Below are positions 1-29,734 of a stretch of 64,000 nucleotides of DNA, in pieces (the stretch's first letter is position 1; every line of letters begins with the position of its first letter). The notes below the pieces were generated by a model. The model was not told where the DNA came from, did not search any database, and saw only the letters and a list, made by a program, of their open reading frames with translations. The stretch lies in assembly GCF_009914755.1 (NCBI RefSeq), contig NC_060936.1; one strand, given 5' to 3'. The stretch is from the human T2T-CHM13v2.0 reference genome, Homo sapiens. Made by a program: the position numbers and the translations under genes.

Positions 1-208
1 AAAGAATTCAGGTGAGACTGCACTCAGAGGTAGGATTCCTTTTTCTTTTTTGTAGGTAACATTTTTTGTTTTCTTACTGTGTGCCAGGCATTGTTCTAAA
101 CTAAATATACAAGGCCAGGCGCAGTGGCTCACTCCTGTAATCCCAGCACTTTGGGAAGCCGAGGTGGGTGGGTCACTTGAGGTCAGGAGTTCGAGACCAG
201 TCTGGTCA

Positions 209-424
<216 letters not shown>

Positions 425-437
425 CTAAAATCTATGA

Positions 438-914
<477 letters not shown>

Positions 915-1046
915 TAGGTCTGGCTGATTTTTGTATTTTTTTAGTAGAGACGGGGTTACACCATGTTGGCCAGACTGGTCTTGAACTCCTGACCTCAGGT
1001 GATCCACCTGCCTTGGCCTCCCAAATTTCTGGGATGACAGGAGTGA

Positions 1047-1337
<291 letters not shown>

Positions 1338-1468
1338 TGAGCCACTGAGCCTGGCCTAAATTTTAAACTATTTGTAGAGACAGGGTCTCGCTATGTTGCT
1401 CAGAATGTTCTCAAACTCCTGAGCTCAAGCAATCCTCCTGCCTTGGCCTCCTGAAGTGCTGGGATTAA

Positions 1469-1798
<330 letters not shown>

Positions 1799-2155
1799 TG
1801 ATCTGCCCATCTCGGCCTCCCAAAGTGCTGGGATTACAGGCATGAGTGAGCCACTGCGCCCGGCCATTTGCCCTTTTTTTGTTGTTGGGCTGTTTATCTT
1901 ATTATTGCATTTTGAGGGTTCATTATATACTCTGGATACAAGCCCTTTGCCAGATATGTGTGTTGCTAATATTCTCTACCAGTCTGTGGCTTATCTTTGC
2001 ATTCTCCTAAATTTCTTTCAGAGAGCATACATTCTGGTAGAAGAGTACTTAGTCCTGGGCCTGGCAGATTTATTTCTTTCAGGACCCAAGGCCTCTGCTG
2101 CAAACATGTTCCACCAGATCTTTGGTCAGAATAAGAAGCATATGAGCTTGATCAT

Positions 2156-3451
<1,296 letters not shown>

Positions 3452-4631
3452 TAATCCCATGCCTGGAATTACAGGCATGAAACACCATGCCTGGCCATTC
3501 TTAATTTTATGACATCCTCACACTTGTAATCTCAGCACTTTTGGAGGCCAAGGCAGGTGGATCAACTGAGGTCAGGAGTTCGAGACCAGCCTTGCCAACA
3601 TGGTGAAACTCCGTCTCTACTAAAAATAACAAAAATTAGCTGGGTGTGGTGGCTAGTGCCTGTAATCCCAGCTACTCGGGTGGCTGAGGCACAAGAATCA
3701 CTTAAACTGGGAGGCAGAGGCTGCAGTGAGCTGAGATCACACCACTGCACTCTAGCCTGGGAGACAGAGCCAGGCTTTGTCTCAAAAAAAAAAAAAAAGA
3801 AAAAAGTTTTGTGAAGTCCACTTTATCAAGTTTTTATTTTATGTACTGCATTTTCTTGTTGTATCTAAGAAATCTTTGGTGAAAAAGATTTTCCCTGTGT
3901 TTTATTTTATTTGTTTCAGTGTCTCGCTCTGTCACCCAGGCTGGAGTGCAGTAGTATGATCTCAGCTTAATGCAACCTCCGACTCCTGGGTTCAAGTGAT
4001 TCTCCTGCCTCAGCCTCCTGAGTAGTTTGGGATTACAGGCCCTTGCCACCACGCCCAGCTAATTTTTTCACCTAATTTTTGTATTTTTTGGTAGAGATGG
4101 GGTTTTATCACGTTGACTAGGCTGCTCTCAAAAGTACTGACCTCAAGTGATAAGCCTGCCTTGGGCTCCCAAAGTGCTGGGATTACAGGCATGAGCCACT
4201 GTGCCCGGCCTGACCAATCTTGATAAATGATTTTTGTGTACTTGGAAAGAATGCATATTCTGCTGTTGTTTTGTTGGAATTTTTTTTTTTTTTTTTTTTT
4301 TTTAGATGGAGTCTCGCTCTGTTACCCAGGCTGGAGTGCAGTGACACGATCTCAGCTCACTGCAACCTCTGCCTCCTGGGTTCAAGCAGTTCTCCTGCCT
4401 CAGTCTCCTGAGTAGCTAGACTACAAGCGCACACCACCATGCCTGGCTAATTTTTGTATTTTTACTGGAGATGGGGTTTCACCATGCTGGCCAGGCTGGT
4501 CTTGAGCTCCTGACCTCGTGATCCACCTGCCTCGGCCTCCCAAAGTGCTGGGATTACAGGCGTGAGCCACTGTGCCCGGCCCTGATTTTCTATTCTATCA
4601 ATTATTGACAACAGGATCTGACTATAATTGA

Positions 4632-4871
<240 letters not shown>

Positions 4872-4960
4872 TAGACGGAGTTTCACCGTGTTAGCCAGGA
4901 TGGTCTGGATCTCCTGACCTTGTGATCCGCCCGGCTCGGCCTTCCAAAGTACGGGGATTA

Positions 4961-5372
<412 letters not shown>

Positions 5373-5650
5373 TTAAGCAAATGATAGACCTCAAGCTTAT
5401 ATTATTCTAGAGAACAGGGAGCATCTGGCCCACGCACCAGCCCTCATTTGAGTGACTTATTTTTAGGCTTTGCAACCCACATTAATTGCTCTTTTTTTTT
5501 CCTTTTTTCAACATGTTCTAAAATCGTATATATTTGAATCAAAGTACAGTACATGTCAGGATAAAGAATCAAAAGAATTATCAAAAATATTAGGTTGAAT
5601 CCTATGGAGTTGTTAACATTTGCCTTTGACCTTTAAAAGAGGTAATTTCT

Positions 5651-5984
<334 letters not shown>

Positions 5985-6054
5985 TTACAAAATAAGGATG
6001 TTTGTTCATTATAGTTTTTTTGGAATAGAGAAACATTGGGAGCTATTTAGATGT

Positions 6055-10385
<4,331 letters not shown>

Positions 10386-10769
10386 CTCCTTTTTAATGAT
10401 ATATTTTGATGACCAGAAATTCTTAATTTTTATATAGTCAATTTTTTTATAGCAAAACACCTGTGAACATAGTCAAATTTATCACTTATCCTTTATAATT
10501 TAAATGTCTTAAGAAAACTTCCCTTTCCCAAGTTAATAAGTACATTTTGTATTTTCTCCTAAAAATTATGTTTCATCTTTCACATTTAGGTTGCTAAGCC
10601 ACCAAGAATTGATTTTTCTGTATGGTGTGAGGTAGGGTTCAAATTTTCACCCCTTACTCAGAAGGCTCTTTTTTTCTACATAATGGTTTTGGTTTGATCT
10701 CTCTGCTTTCTGAAGTCTCTTATCCTATGAAACACTATCAAGATTCTACAACAATGAAGCAAAACAAAG

Positions 10770-16146
<5,377 letters not shown>

Positions 16147-16330
16147 TTACACATCCACTCCTTTGATGAGTGATCCTTCTAGGACTATGGTGAAGTCCTG
16201 AATGGTCTGCAGAATTCGGATAAGGGAGTTGACAGTCATGCGGTCTCGCAGGAGAGCGCTCTCTTCATACATTCGAGTGATGGCAGGACACTCAGCTAAC
16301 AATGGAATCCACTGTGGGAGCAGGCGATCC
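16147..16330 (-). CDS. DENND5B: DENND5B last coding exon (DRLLPQWIPLLAECPAITRMYEESALLRDRMTVNSLIRILQTIQDFTIVLEGSLIKGVDV*)
   Basis: ctgtag acceptor (ct at 16331-32), TAA at 16147-49; C-terminus LIKGVDV is typical of the DENND5 family. Confidence 0.96.
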
Positions 16331-17464
16331 CTACAGACCCAAACAGAAACAATTCCTGAGCATTGCTGGCCTCGCTGCAGAACAAGGCACACAGTGGAGT
16401 CTGTATGAATGGGAAGGTGTGGGACTTGATGGTACAAAATGTATCCAAGCTAAGAGGTCAGGAGAGAGGAAATCAAAGCCAAGAAGTTGAATATTTTCTG
16501 GTAAAAAGACAGTGATGAGACAGTGTAAAGAAAGCTAAAGGGAAAACCCATTATTTTAAACCCAATTTAATGTACTTTAAGAGTTTAAAGTACATTAGAA
16601 AGTCTATGCACATTAAAGACATTCTCTATTCTGATTTTACCACCTTTAGAAAGAGGCAGAATGTCATTTTCTATGTCTTTTTTTTTTAATAGGAGTGTTA
16701 CTCTGTGGCAAGGCATGCCACAGTATACTGACCTTTTGGAAGAAAGACTACACTAAACTGTAGGGACTTGCTTTTTTTTTTTTTTTTTTTTTAACTTATA
16801 TAACATAACAGGGTGAGGAACAAAATCAAAGCAGAAAAACATTAAGTAGATTTTATAAACCAGATGAGAGTTTGCAATGGTCTAATAAATCAGAAGAGTA
16901 TAGAGATAAAAGGAGATAAAGATCATGCTCAAAAGAAACTTTAAAAGCACAGCTAAAACTGGGCTCCTTTTATGAAGAAGAAATACAGAACTTAGTTCTG
17001 TAAACCAGCTGTTTCAGGAAGATAAAACCTCACATCTTCAATGTTTCCTGATCAAACCTGACATTAGTAACCCATTGCTAAGTTCCTAAGACATCCTTAT
17101 TGAGCATCCCCAATCAGGCCATCTTCAGTCTCAAGTTGGGGCTCTTAAGGTTCAGGAAAAAACAAATACTACATGGGTAACTTAAAAAAAGAAATCTAAA
17201 GGTCTGTATGTTTCATTTCTTACAATTCTGAGATCTGTTTTAAAAGTAATGGATTGTATCGCTCCTATGTGCCACTTTCAAAAAATAAAGGGGTAGGAAA
17301 TAGTCTTAAAGAGAAGATGATATTTATATAGCAAGAATCCCATAATGTTATTAAATGTAAATATAGTGGTATATATACACTATATAAGGTTTACTTAGTA
17401 AATATGTACAGTGTATGTGTCTAGTTATCTAACAACTTCCTTATTACCTATCTATCTGTCGAGC

Positions 17465-17650
17465 CAGTATACAGTCATGGTGGAGAGCTTGGGCTCTGAA
17501 GTGGGACAGGGTGTGAACCTGGCTCTGTCTCATTTTTCTGTGTGATCTTGGGAAAGTCTGCTAACTTACGTGTGCCTCATCTATTTTCTACTTTCTCATC
17601 TTTAAAATGAAAAAATCGGTTGCTACCTCATGTAGTGGTGGTGGTGAATT
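17465..17650 (+). mobile_element. MIR fragment
   Basis: GGCTCTG..TGTGTGATCTTGGGAAAGT..AACTT..GTGCCTCA..CTCATCTTTAAAATG core. Confidence 0.65.
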
Positions 17651-17867
17651 AAAGAAACCCAAGGGAGGAGGCAGAGGTTGCAGTGAGCCAAGATTATGCC
17701 ACGGTACTCCAGCCTAGGCGATGGAGTGAGACTCTGTTTCAAAAGAAAAAGTAAAAGGAAAGAAACCCAAAGGAGAGCTCTGGAAGGGGTATGATCTGGT
17801 GTAACCTTTTCTGGACTCTAGTTCAACATGTGACAAAGATAGGGAAAATAAAAAACTGGTTTTGTAC

Positions 17868-18042
17868 CTTGTTCCAAGGCAAACTAAAATCTGGAATTTG
17901 CCATCCTTCCCAATGTTCCTGGGTGCAGTATTAATAGCATTTACGTAGTGGCAGAAGGTTTTGCAGGATGATTTCTGAATAAGGACATCATCTTCATTAT
18001 CTAGAATCTGGTCAGTTGTTTCAAAATAAGCAACCACTTTCT
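17868..18042 (-). CDS. DENND5B: DENND5B penultimate coding exon, RUN2 (175 nt; KVVAYFETTDQILDNEDDVLIQKSSCKTFCHYVNAINTAPRNIGKDGKFQILVCLGT)
   Basis: cctcag acceptor, AG|gtacaa donor; overlaps ORF 17714..18037. Confidence 0.95.
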
Positions 18043-18744
18043 CTGAGGAAAAAAGTCAGAATTATGTCACAATATGTGTCAACACTTCATATATAGAAAG
18101 ATTCATCACTTAATTTATTATGGAAACACTAACGATGCTTTGCATACAGTCAGTCCTGAAGCCAATATCATTACTTTATCATTGATTTTAGGGGTCGATG
18201 TTTCATGGTAGAACAATAAATATGCTCCCAGGAATTTATTTTCTAATTTAGACTGCATTCCAGAAGACTGGAAAGTTTACTCCCTTTAAAATACCTTCAG
18301 GAAACAGAAACTGGCAAAAAAGAAAACAAAAATAGCATCTTCTGTTAAGACTGGAACCTTCTAGGAGTAACCAGCAATGACACGGTAGCCATTGAAATAA
18401 TACCCCATGTTCTAGTTACAGAATGACTTGCTAACACTTTGCAACAAGATCCTTGAAATGTACCTGAATAAGTACCTGACAAAGAGAGATATATGTATAT
18501 ACACATGAGAAGCAGAAGCAATAAGATTCTAGGCATTCCAGAAGAAAAAAAAAAAATCACTCCTGGGGGCCTATCTCTGACAACTTTCCTTTTTTTGTCT
18601 ATTCTAAGTTAGATGAAATAAACTACTTCATCTAGGCCTTATTTAGAAAACACAAAATGATTAATTGCCCATTTAAAGAAACTAGGAATTCTAGAAGAGC
18701 TGCATACCAAAAGAAAGATCACAAAGCTTAGCAAGCTAGAACAG

Positions 18745-19258
<514 letters not shown>

Positions 19259-19584
19259 AGCTAGAGGAATCCTTTTACAAAAATTGGCCAGGCACAGTGG
19301 CTCACACCTGTAATCCCAGCACCTTGGGAGGCCAAGGCAAGTGGATCACTTGAGGACGGAATTTGGGACCAGCGTGGCCAACATGGCAAAACCCCATCTC
19401 TACTAAAAATACAAAAATTAGGGGTGTGGTGGCAGGTGTAATCCCAGCTAATCAGTGGCTGGGGCAGGAGAACCGCTTGAACCCAGGAGGCAGAGGTTGC
19501 AGTGAGCTGAGATGGGGCCACTGCACTCCAGCCTGGGCAGTAGAGTGAGTCTCTGTCTCAAACAAACAAACAAAAACGTTCTAT

Positions 19585-20165
19585 CATGTCACTACTTAGC
19601 TCAAAACCTTCCAACAGCTTCCAGTTTCATTCAGGATAAAGGCTGAAATCATTCCAATGACCTAGAAGGCCCTACACAACCTGGCACTGGCACTAAACAC
19701 CCCCTCCCCCAATCTCCTACTTTCTCTCTCTTGCTGTGCTCCAGTCACACTGGGCTTGGAGTTCCATGGAAACACTTCCGCCTTGGGGCTTAGCACTGGC
19801 AGTGCTGTCAACCTGGAGTCCCTCCTCCCAGATATCTACATGGCTCACTTCCTCACCTACATGAAGTCTGTGCTCCAATGTACCTTGACATTCAGCAGAA
19901 TCTAAAACCACCCCATTTGAAAGACCACTCCCCACTTTATTTCCTTTTATACTGCTCTATTTCTTTCCAGATCAATGGTCACATTTCTGACATACCATAT
20001 GAATTACATATTTGTTATGTTTTTGTGTATTGTTTGTTTCCCACACCGACCTGAGTATAAGTTTGTCAACCATAGGATTTCTGTTTTGTTTACTAATGTA
20101 TATCTTGAGCAACTCAAATACTATTTGGAATATTGTGCATATTACAATTTGTTGAGTAAATGAAA
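19585..20165. mobile_element. L2 fragment
   Basis: CTCAAAACCTTCCAA..GGCCCTAC..CCAGATATCTACATGGCTCACTTCCTCACC..TTGTTGAGTAAATGAA typical of the L2 3' end. Confidence 0.7.
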
Positions 20166-20465
20166 AACAAAGACAATACTTGATATTTATTTATCATTAT
20201 TATATACACTTTTTGAGACACGGTCTCACTCTGTCGCCCAGGCTGGAGTGCAGTAGCTTGATCATGGCTGACTGCAGCCTTCACCTCCTAGGCTCCTGGG
20301 CTCAAGCGATTCTCTTGCCTCAGCCTCCCAGGTAGCTGGGACCACAGGTATGTGCTACCACACCCAGCTAATTTAATATTTATTTTAAAATATATATATC
20401 CTTGCCGGGCACGATGGCTCACTCCTGTAATCCCAGCACTTTGGGAGGCTGAGGCGGGTGGATCA

Positions 20466-20732
<267 letters not shown>

Positions 20733-20810
20733 TCACTCAGATTCCTGGGTCTTTGAGTTCCTAAGAAAGGCTTCAGTGACCTTAATGTAATACACATCTA
20801 CTTTATTTAC

Positions 20811-20937
20811 CTATGAAGTCCCAGATGAAGACATTCTTGTGAAAGATGCGGGCAGATTTGAACCCATGGTGGAAAACTTGCTCAAGGGCTGCAACCAGGC
20901 CATTTTCTCCACACAGCAACACGGTGAGGCTTCCTCT
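20811..20937 (-). CDS. DENND5B: DENND5B coding exon, RUN2 (127 nt; [42 protein letters not shown])
   Basis: ccacag acceptor, G|gtaaat donor; RUN motif [10 protein letters not shown]; overlaps ORF 20803..21036. Confidence 0.95.
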
Positions 20938-21157
20938 CTGTGGGGCATAACACACAGTGCCAAAGAAAAATCTCCTGCATCTATGTCTAAGAAAAACACT
21001 AGAGAAGCAAGTGCTGAAGGTAGCTATATGAAGCATGTTTTTACAGCTACCAGAAAGCTTACAAATGAAAATTCAAGCACCCCATATTGCCTCGTGTATC
21101 ACATATAAAAGCATCTTTAAAAGTCCCACTATACTAAGTTTTATAGCCCATAAATAC

Positions 21158-21240
21158 CTCTTTTTCAGGTTTATGAAAATGTTTCACAATATTGTTCACA
21201 GCTTCTCCAATTCCTTCTTGTATCTGCCCAGCATTGGGTT
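21158..21240 (-). CDS. DENND5B: DENND5B coding exon (83 nt; [27 protein letters not shown])
   Basis: ttacag acceptor, GAG|gtattt donor, phase 1 to 0. Confidence 0.94.
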
Positions 21241-21665
21241 CTGTAAAATAATAAACAGTGGCTGCATTCTCATGGGAGAGAAATAAACCAAGGTACTATG
21301 GGACATCAACTGTGTCCACCTAGGCAGGAAATACGTCATCAGAGCAGGCTGGCTTTGCCAGGGGCTCCATAGAACTTGCCTCTGGCCTGTTTGGCCAAGT
21401 GGGAAGCATCCTGGCAAAATGGAAAATAATCCAAGCGATCCCTAGATTCAAATCCCAGCATTACCATCTGCAATCTATAACCCTAGCCTAGTGTCTAACT
21501 TCCTCTGAGCTTTCAGTTTCCTCAACTGAAAATAGGAAAAATACACGCCTCACTGGGAAAACTGGTAAGTTATAGGAGTAAATAACTAGCATGGCGCCTG
21601 TCACAAAATGCTAGCAAGCCCCCAAATATGAGAAGCAAGGTTGAGAAGTCCCAACATCACTCCTC

Positions 21666-21785
21666 AAATGTTCCCTTATGCTACCCACCTACGAGCCTGT
21701 TAGTGAAATGTTCCCTTATGCTATCTACCTACGAGCCTGTTAGTGGAATGTTCCCTTATGCTACCTACCTACAAGCCTGTCAGTG
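21666..21785. repeat. 40-bp minisatellite, 3 copies
   Basis: Unit AAATGTTCCCTTATGCTACCCACCTACGAGCCTGTTAGTG at 21666, 21706 and 21746 with few substitutions. Confidence 0.95.
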
Positions 21786-22229
21786 GGCATAGATTAAGGC
21801 TTCAGGCGCTCTGGATAGTTAACCTGGAGTTTGAAGATTTGCTGTTGTGTTTAAAATAAGGGGAAGATGCCAGGTACCCTGTGGCATCTGGGCCTGAAGC
21901 CCAGAACTCCCTCCCTTCCTGGCTAGTCAATCTGTCTCAGCACTGCTTCCTTCTGCCAGCCAGTACTTGCTCTTCTAGGCCACTTTCCTGAGGGACAGGT
22001 TGGTGGGCTGCTTGAATGCGACCTAAATCACTTTTGTCCACCAAACCCAAGGAATGGTTTGTTTTTTTAAAAAGGTGGTAAACATTTCAGAAGTAGGTAA
22101 CAACAGAAAAGGTATATAGTTCAGATTTTCTTGTAGTTCTAATTTACTTAACACACTATAAAGGAAAACCCATACATCCTCATGTTTAAGAATCTCTGAA
22201 TTCATACTGCTCAAGGATTTCTTGCATGA

Positions 22230-22558
<329 letters not shown>

Positions 22559-23019
22559 TAGGTTTTTTCTACACTAATGCATAAAAATTGTTAAAATGAA
22601 AACCTCTTATAATTGAAGTACTGATACCATGGCCTCTTGTTCCTAGTGGTTTCTTTACCCAGTAGTTTTTGTTTGTTTTTTTTACCTTTACCTTTCTCTA
22701 TTTTTTCTTTTAGACATGAAGTCTATTTTGAAAACTGTCACCCATTCCAAAAGAGCTTTGATCAGTATTATTATAAAACTGATTTTAAAAATTTTCAGTT
22801 CTCTGAATACCATTTTACATATAACATACTGTGAGAAAATACCCTGTTATCCATTTCTGAGTCTTGGGTCATTTAGACTTTTCTGTTTATAGCATGAGAA
22901 AAGAAAGTACGATTAAAAAAAAATGGGGGATAAAAGCCTCTCAGATAATACCCCCATGAAATTGGACTGACTCAGATGTTATAATAATTAGGATGGATTG
23001 AGCTGAAACCTACTTTTAA

Positions 23020-24178
<1,159 letters not shown>

Positions 24179-24912
24179 TCATAGTTAATACACAATCATG
24201 TGCTAGCAAATGGATAGAGACTAATAGAAGAATCTAGGGAAACTGCTTTGTTAATAAACTAAGGACCTATTAGGTACCTTTGTTATTCTACTTGTGGTTA
24301 TAATCTATAGATAAAAAGCCCCTTCACTGATAAACTTCTGTAATTTTTCCCTAAATACCGCCTCTATATTCATGTTCTGTGGCTGCTGTAATAGACTCAC
24401 AAAACTTGGTGGCTTGAGTGACAGAAATACATTTTGTTGCAGGCCAGAAGTCAAAATTTAGTTATCACTGGGCCAAAAAAAAAAAAAAAAAAAAGCAAGG
24501 TGTCAGCAGGGCTGTATTCCCTTGAAATTCTAGGGGAAAATCCCTTCCTTGCCTCTTTTAGCTTCTGGTGGCTGTTGGCATTCCTTGTTTTTTTTTTTTT
24601 TTTTTGAGACGGAGTCTCACTCTGTTGCCCAGGCTGTAGTGCATGTAGTGCAGTGGCACGATATTGGCTTACTGCAACCTCCACCTCTCAGGTTCAAGCA
24701 ATTCTCCTGTCTCAGCCTCCCAAGTAGCTAGGATTACAGGTGCACACTACCATGCCCAGCTAATTTTTGTATTTTTAGTAGAGATGGGGTTTCGCCATGT
24801 TGGTCAGGCTGGTCTTGAACTCCTGACCTCAGGTGATCCACCCACCTCAGCATAATGCCTGGCCAGCATTTGTTGTTGTTGTTGTTGTTGTTTTTTTTTT
24901 AAAGACAGAGTC

Positions 24913-25024
24913 ATGCTTGTTTCGGCAGCACATATACTAAAAAACTGGAACAATACAGAGAAGATTATTAGCATGGCCCCTGCACGAGGATGGCAAGCAA
25001 ATTGGTGAAGCATTCCATATTTTT
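24913..25024 (+). pseudogene. Full-length U6 snRNA retropseudogene (5' part of a chimeric retrocopy)
   Basis: Matches U6 (..TTCGGCAGCACATATACTAAAA..GGAAC..TACAGAGAAGATT..AGCATGGCCCCTGC..TTCCATATTTTT) with scattered substitutions and small insertions. Confidence 0.95.
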
Positions 25025-25160
25025 CTCAATACTTGAATGTGGAACATATGCACAGGGGAAGGAAATAACATTGCACTTTATAAACACTGTATTGTAAGTG
25101 GAAAATGCAATGTTTTAAATAAAACTATTTAAAATTGGCACCAAAAACCCCCCCAAAAAA
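25025..25160 (+). pseudogene. Processed mRNA 3' end fragment, recognised as HSPA8 3' UTR, with AATAAA and degenerate A-tail
   Basis: CTCAATACTTGAAT.TGGAACATATGCACAGGGGAAGGAAATAACATTGCACTTTATAAACACTGTATTGTAAGTGGAAAATGCAATG..AAATAAAACTATTTAAAATTGGCACC recalled as the HSPA8 mRNA terminus; AATAAA 25118-25123; A-rich tail 25143-25160. Confidence 0.8.
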
Positions 25161-25838
25161 GACAGAGTGTCACTCTGTCACTCAAGCTGGAATACAGTGG
25201 CATGAGCTCGGCTCACTGCAACCTCACCTCTACCTCCTGGGTTCAAGCAATCCTCATGCCTCAGCCTCCTGAGGAGCTGGGATTACAGGCATGCACCACA
25301 TGCCTGGTTAATTTTTGTTTTTTTAGTAGAGACGGGGTTTTGCTATGTTGGCCAGGTTGGCCTCAAACTCCTGATCTCAAGTGATCTGCCCACTTCGGCC
25401 TCCCAAAGTGTTGGGAAAGAATACATATGATTGCATTTAGGGTCCACGTAGATGTGATCCAGGACAATCTCCTATTTCAAGATCCCTATCACATCTGCAA
25501 AAATCCTTTTTCCAAATAAGGCAATATTTACAGATTCTAGAGGTTAGAATTTTATATTTTTGGGAGACATTATTTAGTCTATTAAAGCCTACATTAGTAA
25601 TTTAGTCTATTAAAGCCTACATTAGTATAAATTAGAAGTTTACTATATTACTAAAAATGACACATGAACATAGTATAATATTCATAAAATTCACTCCTTT
25701 ATAGTATTTTGTTTCATCCTTACTATAGGAAGAAAGTTGGGACAGAAGGGGTAGAAGGAAATTTGAATCTCTTAGAATAAGAGACACTGGGGCGGGCGTG
25801 GTGGCTCATGCCTCTAATCCCAGCACTTTCAGAAGCTA

Positions 25839-26112
<274 letters not shown>

Positions 26113-26340
26113 CTATCTGGGAGTACTGTAATATATAACTATTATTATTTCTCTTTTAAGTTTCAGGCAAGGCCAGGTCTGGTGGCACACGCCTGTAATG
26201 CCAGCACTTTGGGAGGCTGAGGCAGGCAGATCGCTTGAGCTCAGAAGTTCAAGACCAGCCTGGGCAACATGGCGAAAGGCAGTCTATAAAAAATACAAAA
26301 ATTAGCCAGGTGTGATGTTGTGTGCCTGTAGTCCCAGCTA

Positions 26341-26463
<123 letters not shown>

Positions 26464-26699
26464 TCAGGTAAAATATTTACTCATATTTCCACAGCTTAAT
26501 AAAAACAGAGCATGCAAGTTTTTTAAAAAATTAGATTTTAACATCTAAACTCTTCCGGCTTTTGAATATTTATGAATTTTCCTCAACTTTCTTCTTTTAA
26601 AATCTCCTCACTACATTCATTAACACAACTGTTTTCTATCAAATGGTCACATGAAGCCTACATCATAGGAGCACATAAGAAAAATTTAAATAAATTTAC

Positions 26700-26887
26700 T
26701 GTTGTTTTTTCCTGTCAGTGAAGTGATGCTCAATCTCCTAGCCGTGGTGGGTGACTTCTGCTGGGGTGGAGTCCGACACTGCTTTACTAGATCTTCATCT
26801 GATGCTGATGTCATCAACTCTCCAATAAGAATTCTCTCCAGGCTCCCATCATCAATGCCTTTCCCCAGCCACCGCCCACATGGGAAT
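26700..26887 (-). CDS. DENND5B: DENND5B coding exon, end of PLAT plus linker (188 nt; [62 protein letters not shown])
   Basis: accag acceptor, A|gtaaat donor; PLAT motif FPCGRWL; overlaps ORF 26686..26988. Confidence 0.95.
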
Positions 26888-27322
26888 CTGGTAGGACAGA
26901 AAACAAGTTTTTTATTTTTTATTTTTTTGAGACAGGGTTCTCGCTCAGCCCCCTGAGTAGTTGAGACTACAGGTGTGCACCACCACACCTGGCTAATTTT
27001 TGTGTTTTTTATAGAGAGGTCTCATTACATTGCCCAGGCTGGTCTTGAACTCTTGGCCTCAAGTGATCCCCCCATCTCAGTCTCTCAAAGTGTGTGGATT
27101 ACAGGTGTGAGCCACTGCACCCGGTCAGAATATTTTCAAACTAGAAATTAATTTGGGAGTTCAGGCACAGAAGAAAAGAGGACAATGTTTCCATAGAGTA
27201 GTGTTGGCTGTGACTAGTGGAATCCAAGAGATCTTTTCCTCCCACTGAAATTATTTTAGGCTTCTTTTTTATTTTCTTTTTTTTCTGAGAGTTATATTAA
27301 TCTTTCCAACACTTGTGGACTA

Positions 27323-28039
<717 letters not shown>

Positions 28040-28177
28040 TGATCCACCCGCCTTGGCCTCTCAAAGTGCTGGGATTATAGGTGTGAGCCACTGTGCCTGG
28101 CCTACAATTCTTAAACCTTTTCTTACCTGAAGAGTCTTAAAACAAAGAATTCTGAGTTCCCAAGGCCATTTACTTAC

Positions 28178-28296
28178 CTGTATGTATGTCCTGTGATTTC
28201 ATTTCTGACCATGACACAATCCACTAGCCATTTGGCTAACAGTCCTGAGTTATCGTGACCAATCTGAACAGTGGTCAGCTTCCCCAAGTTCTGGCA
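28178..28296 (-). CDS. DENND5B: DENND5B coding exon, PLAT domain (119 nt; [40 protein letters not shown])
   Basis: ctacag acceptor, AG|gtaagt donor; PLAT/LH2 motif LG.L..V.IGHDNSG....W. Confidence 0.96.
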
Positions 28297-28744
28297 CTGT
28301 AGGGACAGGACCTTAGGTTATTTAGTACCCAATCCCATCCTGTTACATCTCAGCTTTACAGGTACTTTGGTTCCGTCTAATTTAACAACTGCAGAGACAA
28401 ACCCTGCATAATGTATTCAGCTATGCACTAGAGAAATATATTCACATATATTCCTTGCTCTCAGGGAGCTCCCACATAATGAGATAGGAGACATATGGAC
28501 ATTAACTACCAAATGAGGGGCACTGCACACAGTGCTAGATTAGAGATGTAAAAAGTGCTAGAAGAACGCTGGGGAAGGAACAGTTACTTCTACTTGGGGA
28601 ACCCACAAACAACACAGACAGTGACTTGTGCCTTGAAGGGTAAGAATAATTTCTAAAAACAGGAAAAAGATGCTATTTAGATTTTGTTACAAAGAGGTCA
28701 AGAAAACAATTATAGATTTTAAAAATCACTGACACTGATATTCT

Positions 28745-29734
<990 letters not shown>

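Larger units (their letters stand above)
24365..25586. mobile_element. MLT1-family LTR interrupted by two Alus and the U6 chimera
   Basis: GGCTGCTGTAA..AAACTTGGTGGCTT..CAAGGTGTCAGCAGGGC..AGCTTCTGGTGGCTG and later ATCACATCTGCAAAA.CCTTTTTCCAAATAAGG. Confidence 0.75.

Noticed and set aside
16202-16490. Plus-strand ORFs overlapping DENND5B exons (also 20839, 26702, 37578, 53036)
   Set aside because: Antisense shadows of real coding exons, with no independent gene structure
21666-21785. Regularly spaced repeats superficially resembling a CRISPR array
   Set aside because: Head-to-tail units with no unique spacers, in a eukaryotic intron with no cas genes; this is a minisatellite
24913-25024. Functional U6 snRNA gene
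   Set aside because: Has internal indels and substitutions, no upstream PSE/TATA (the flank is an Alu tail), and is flanked by a TSD and fused to an mRNA end
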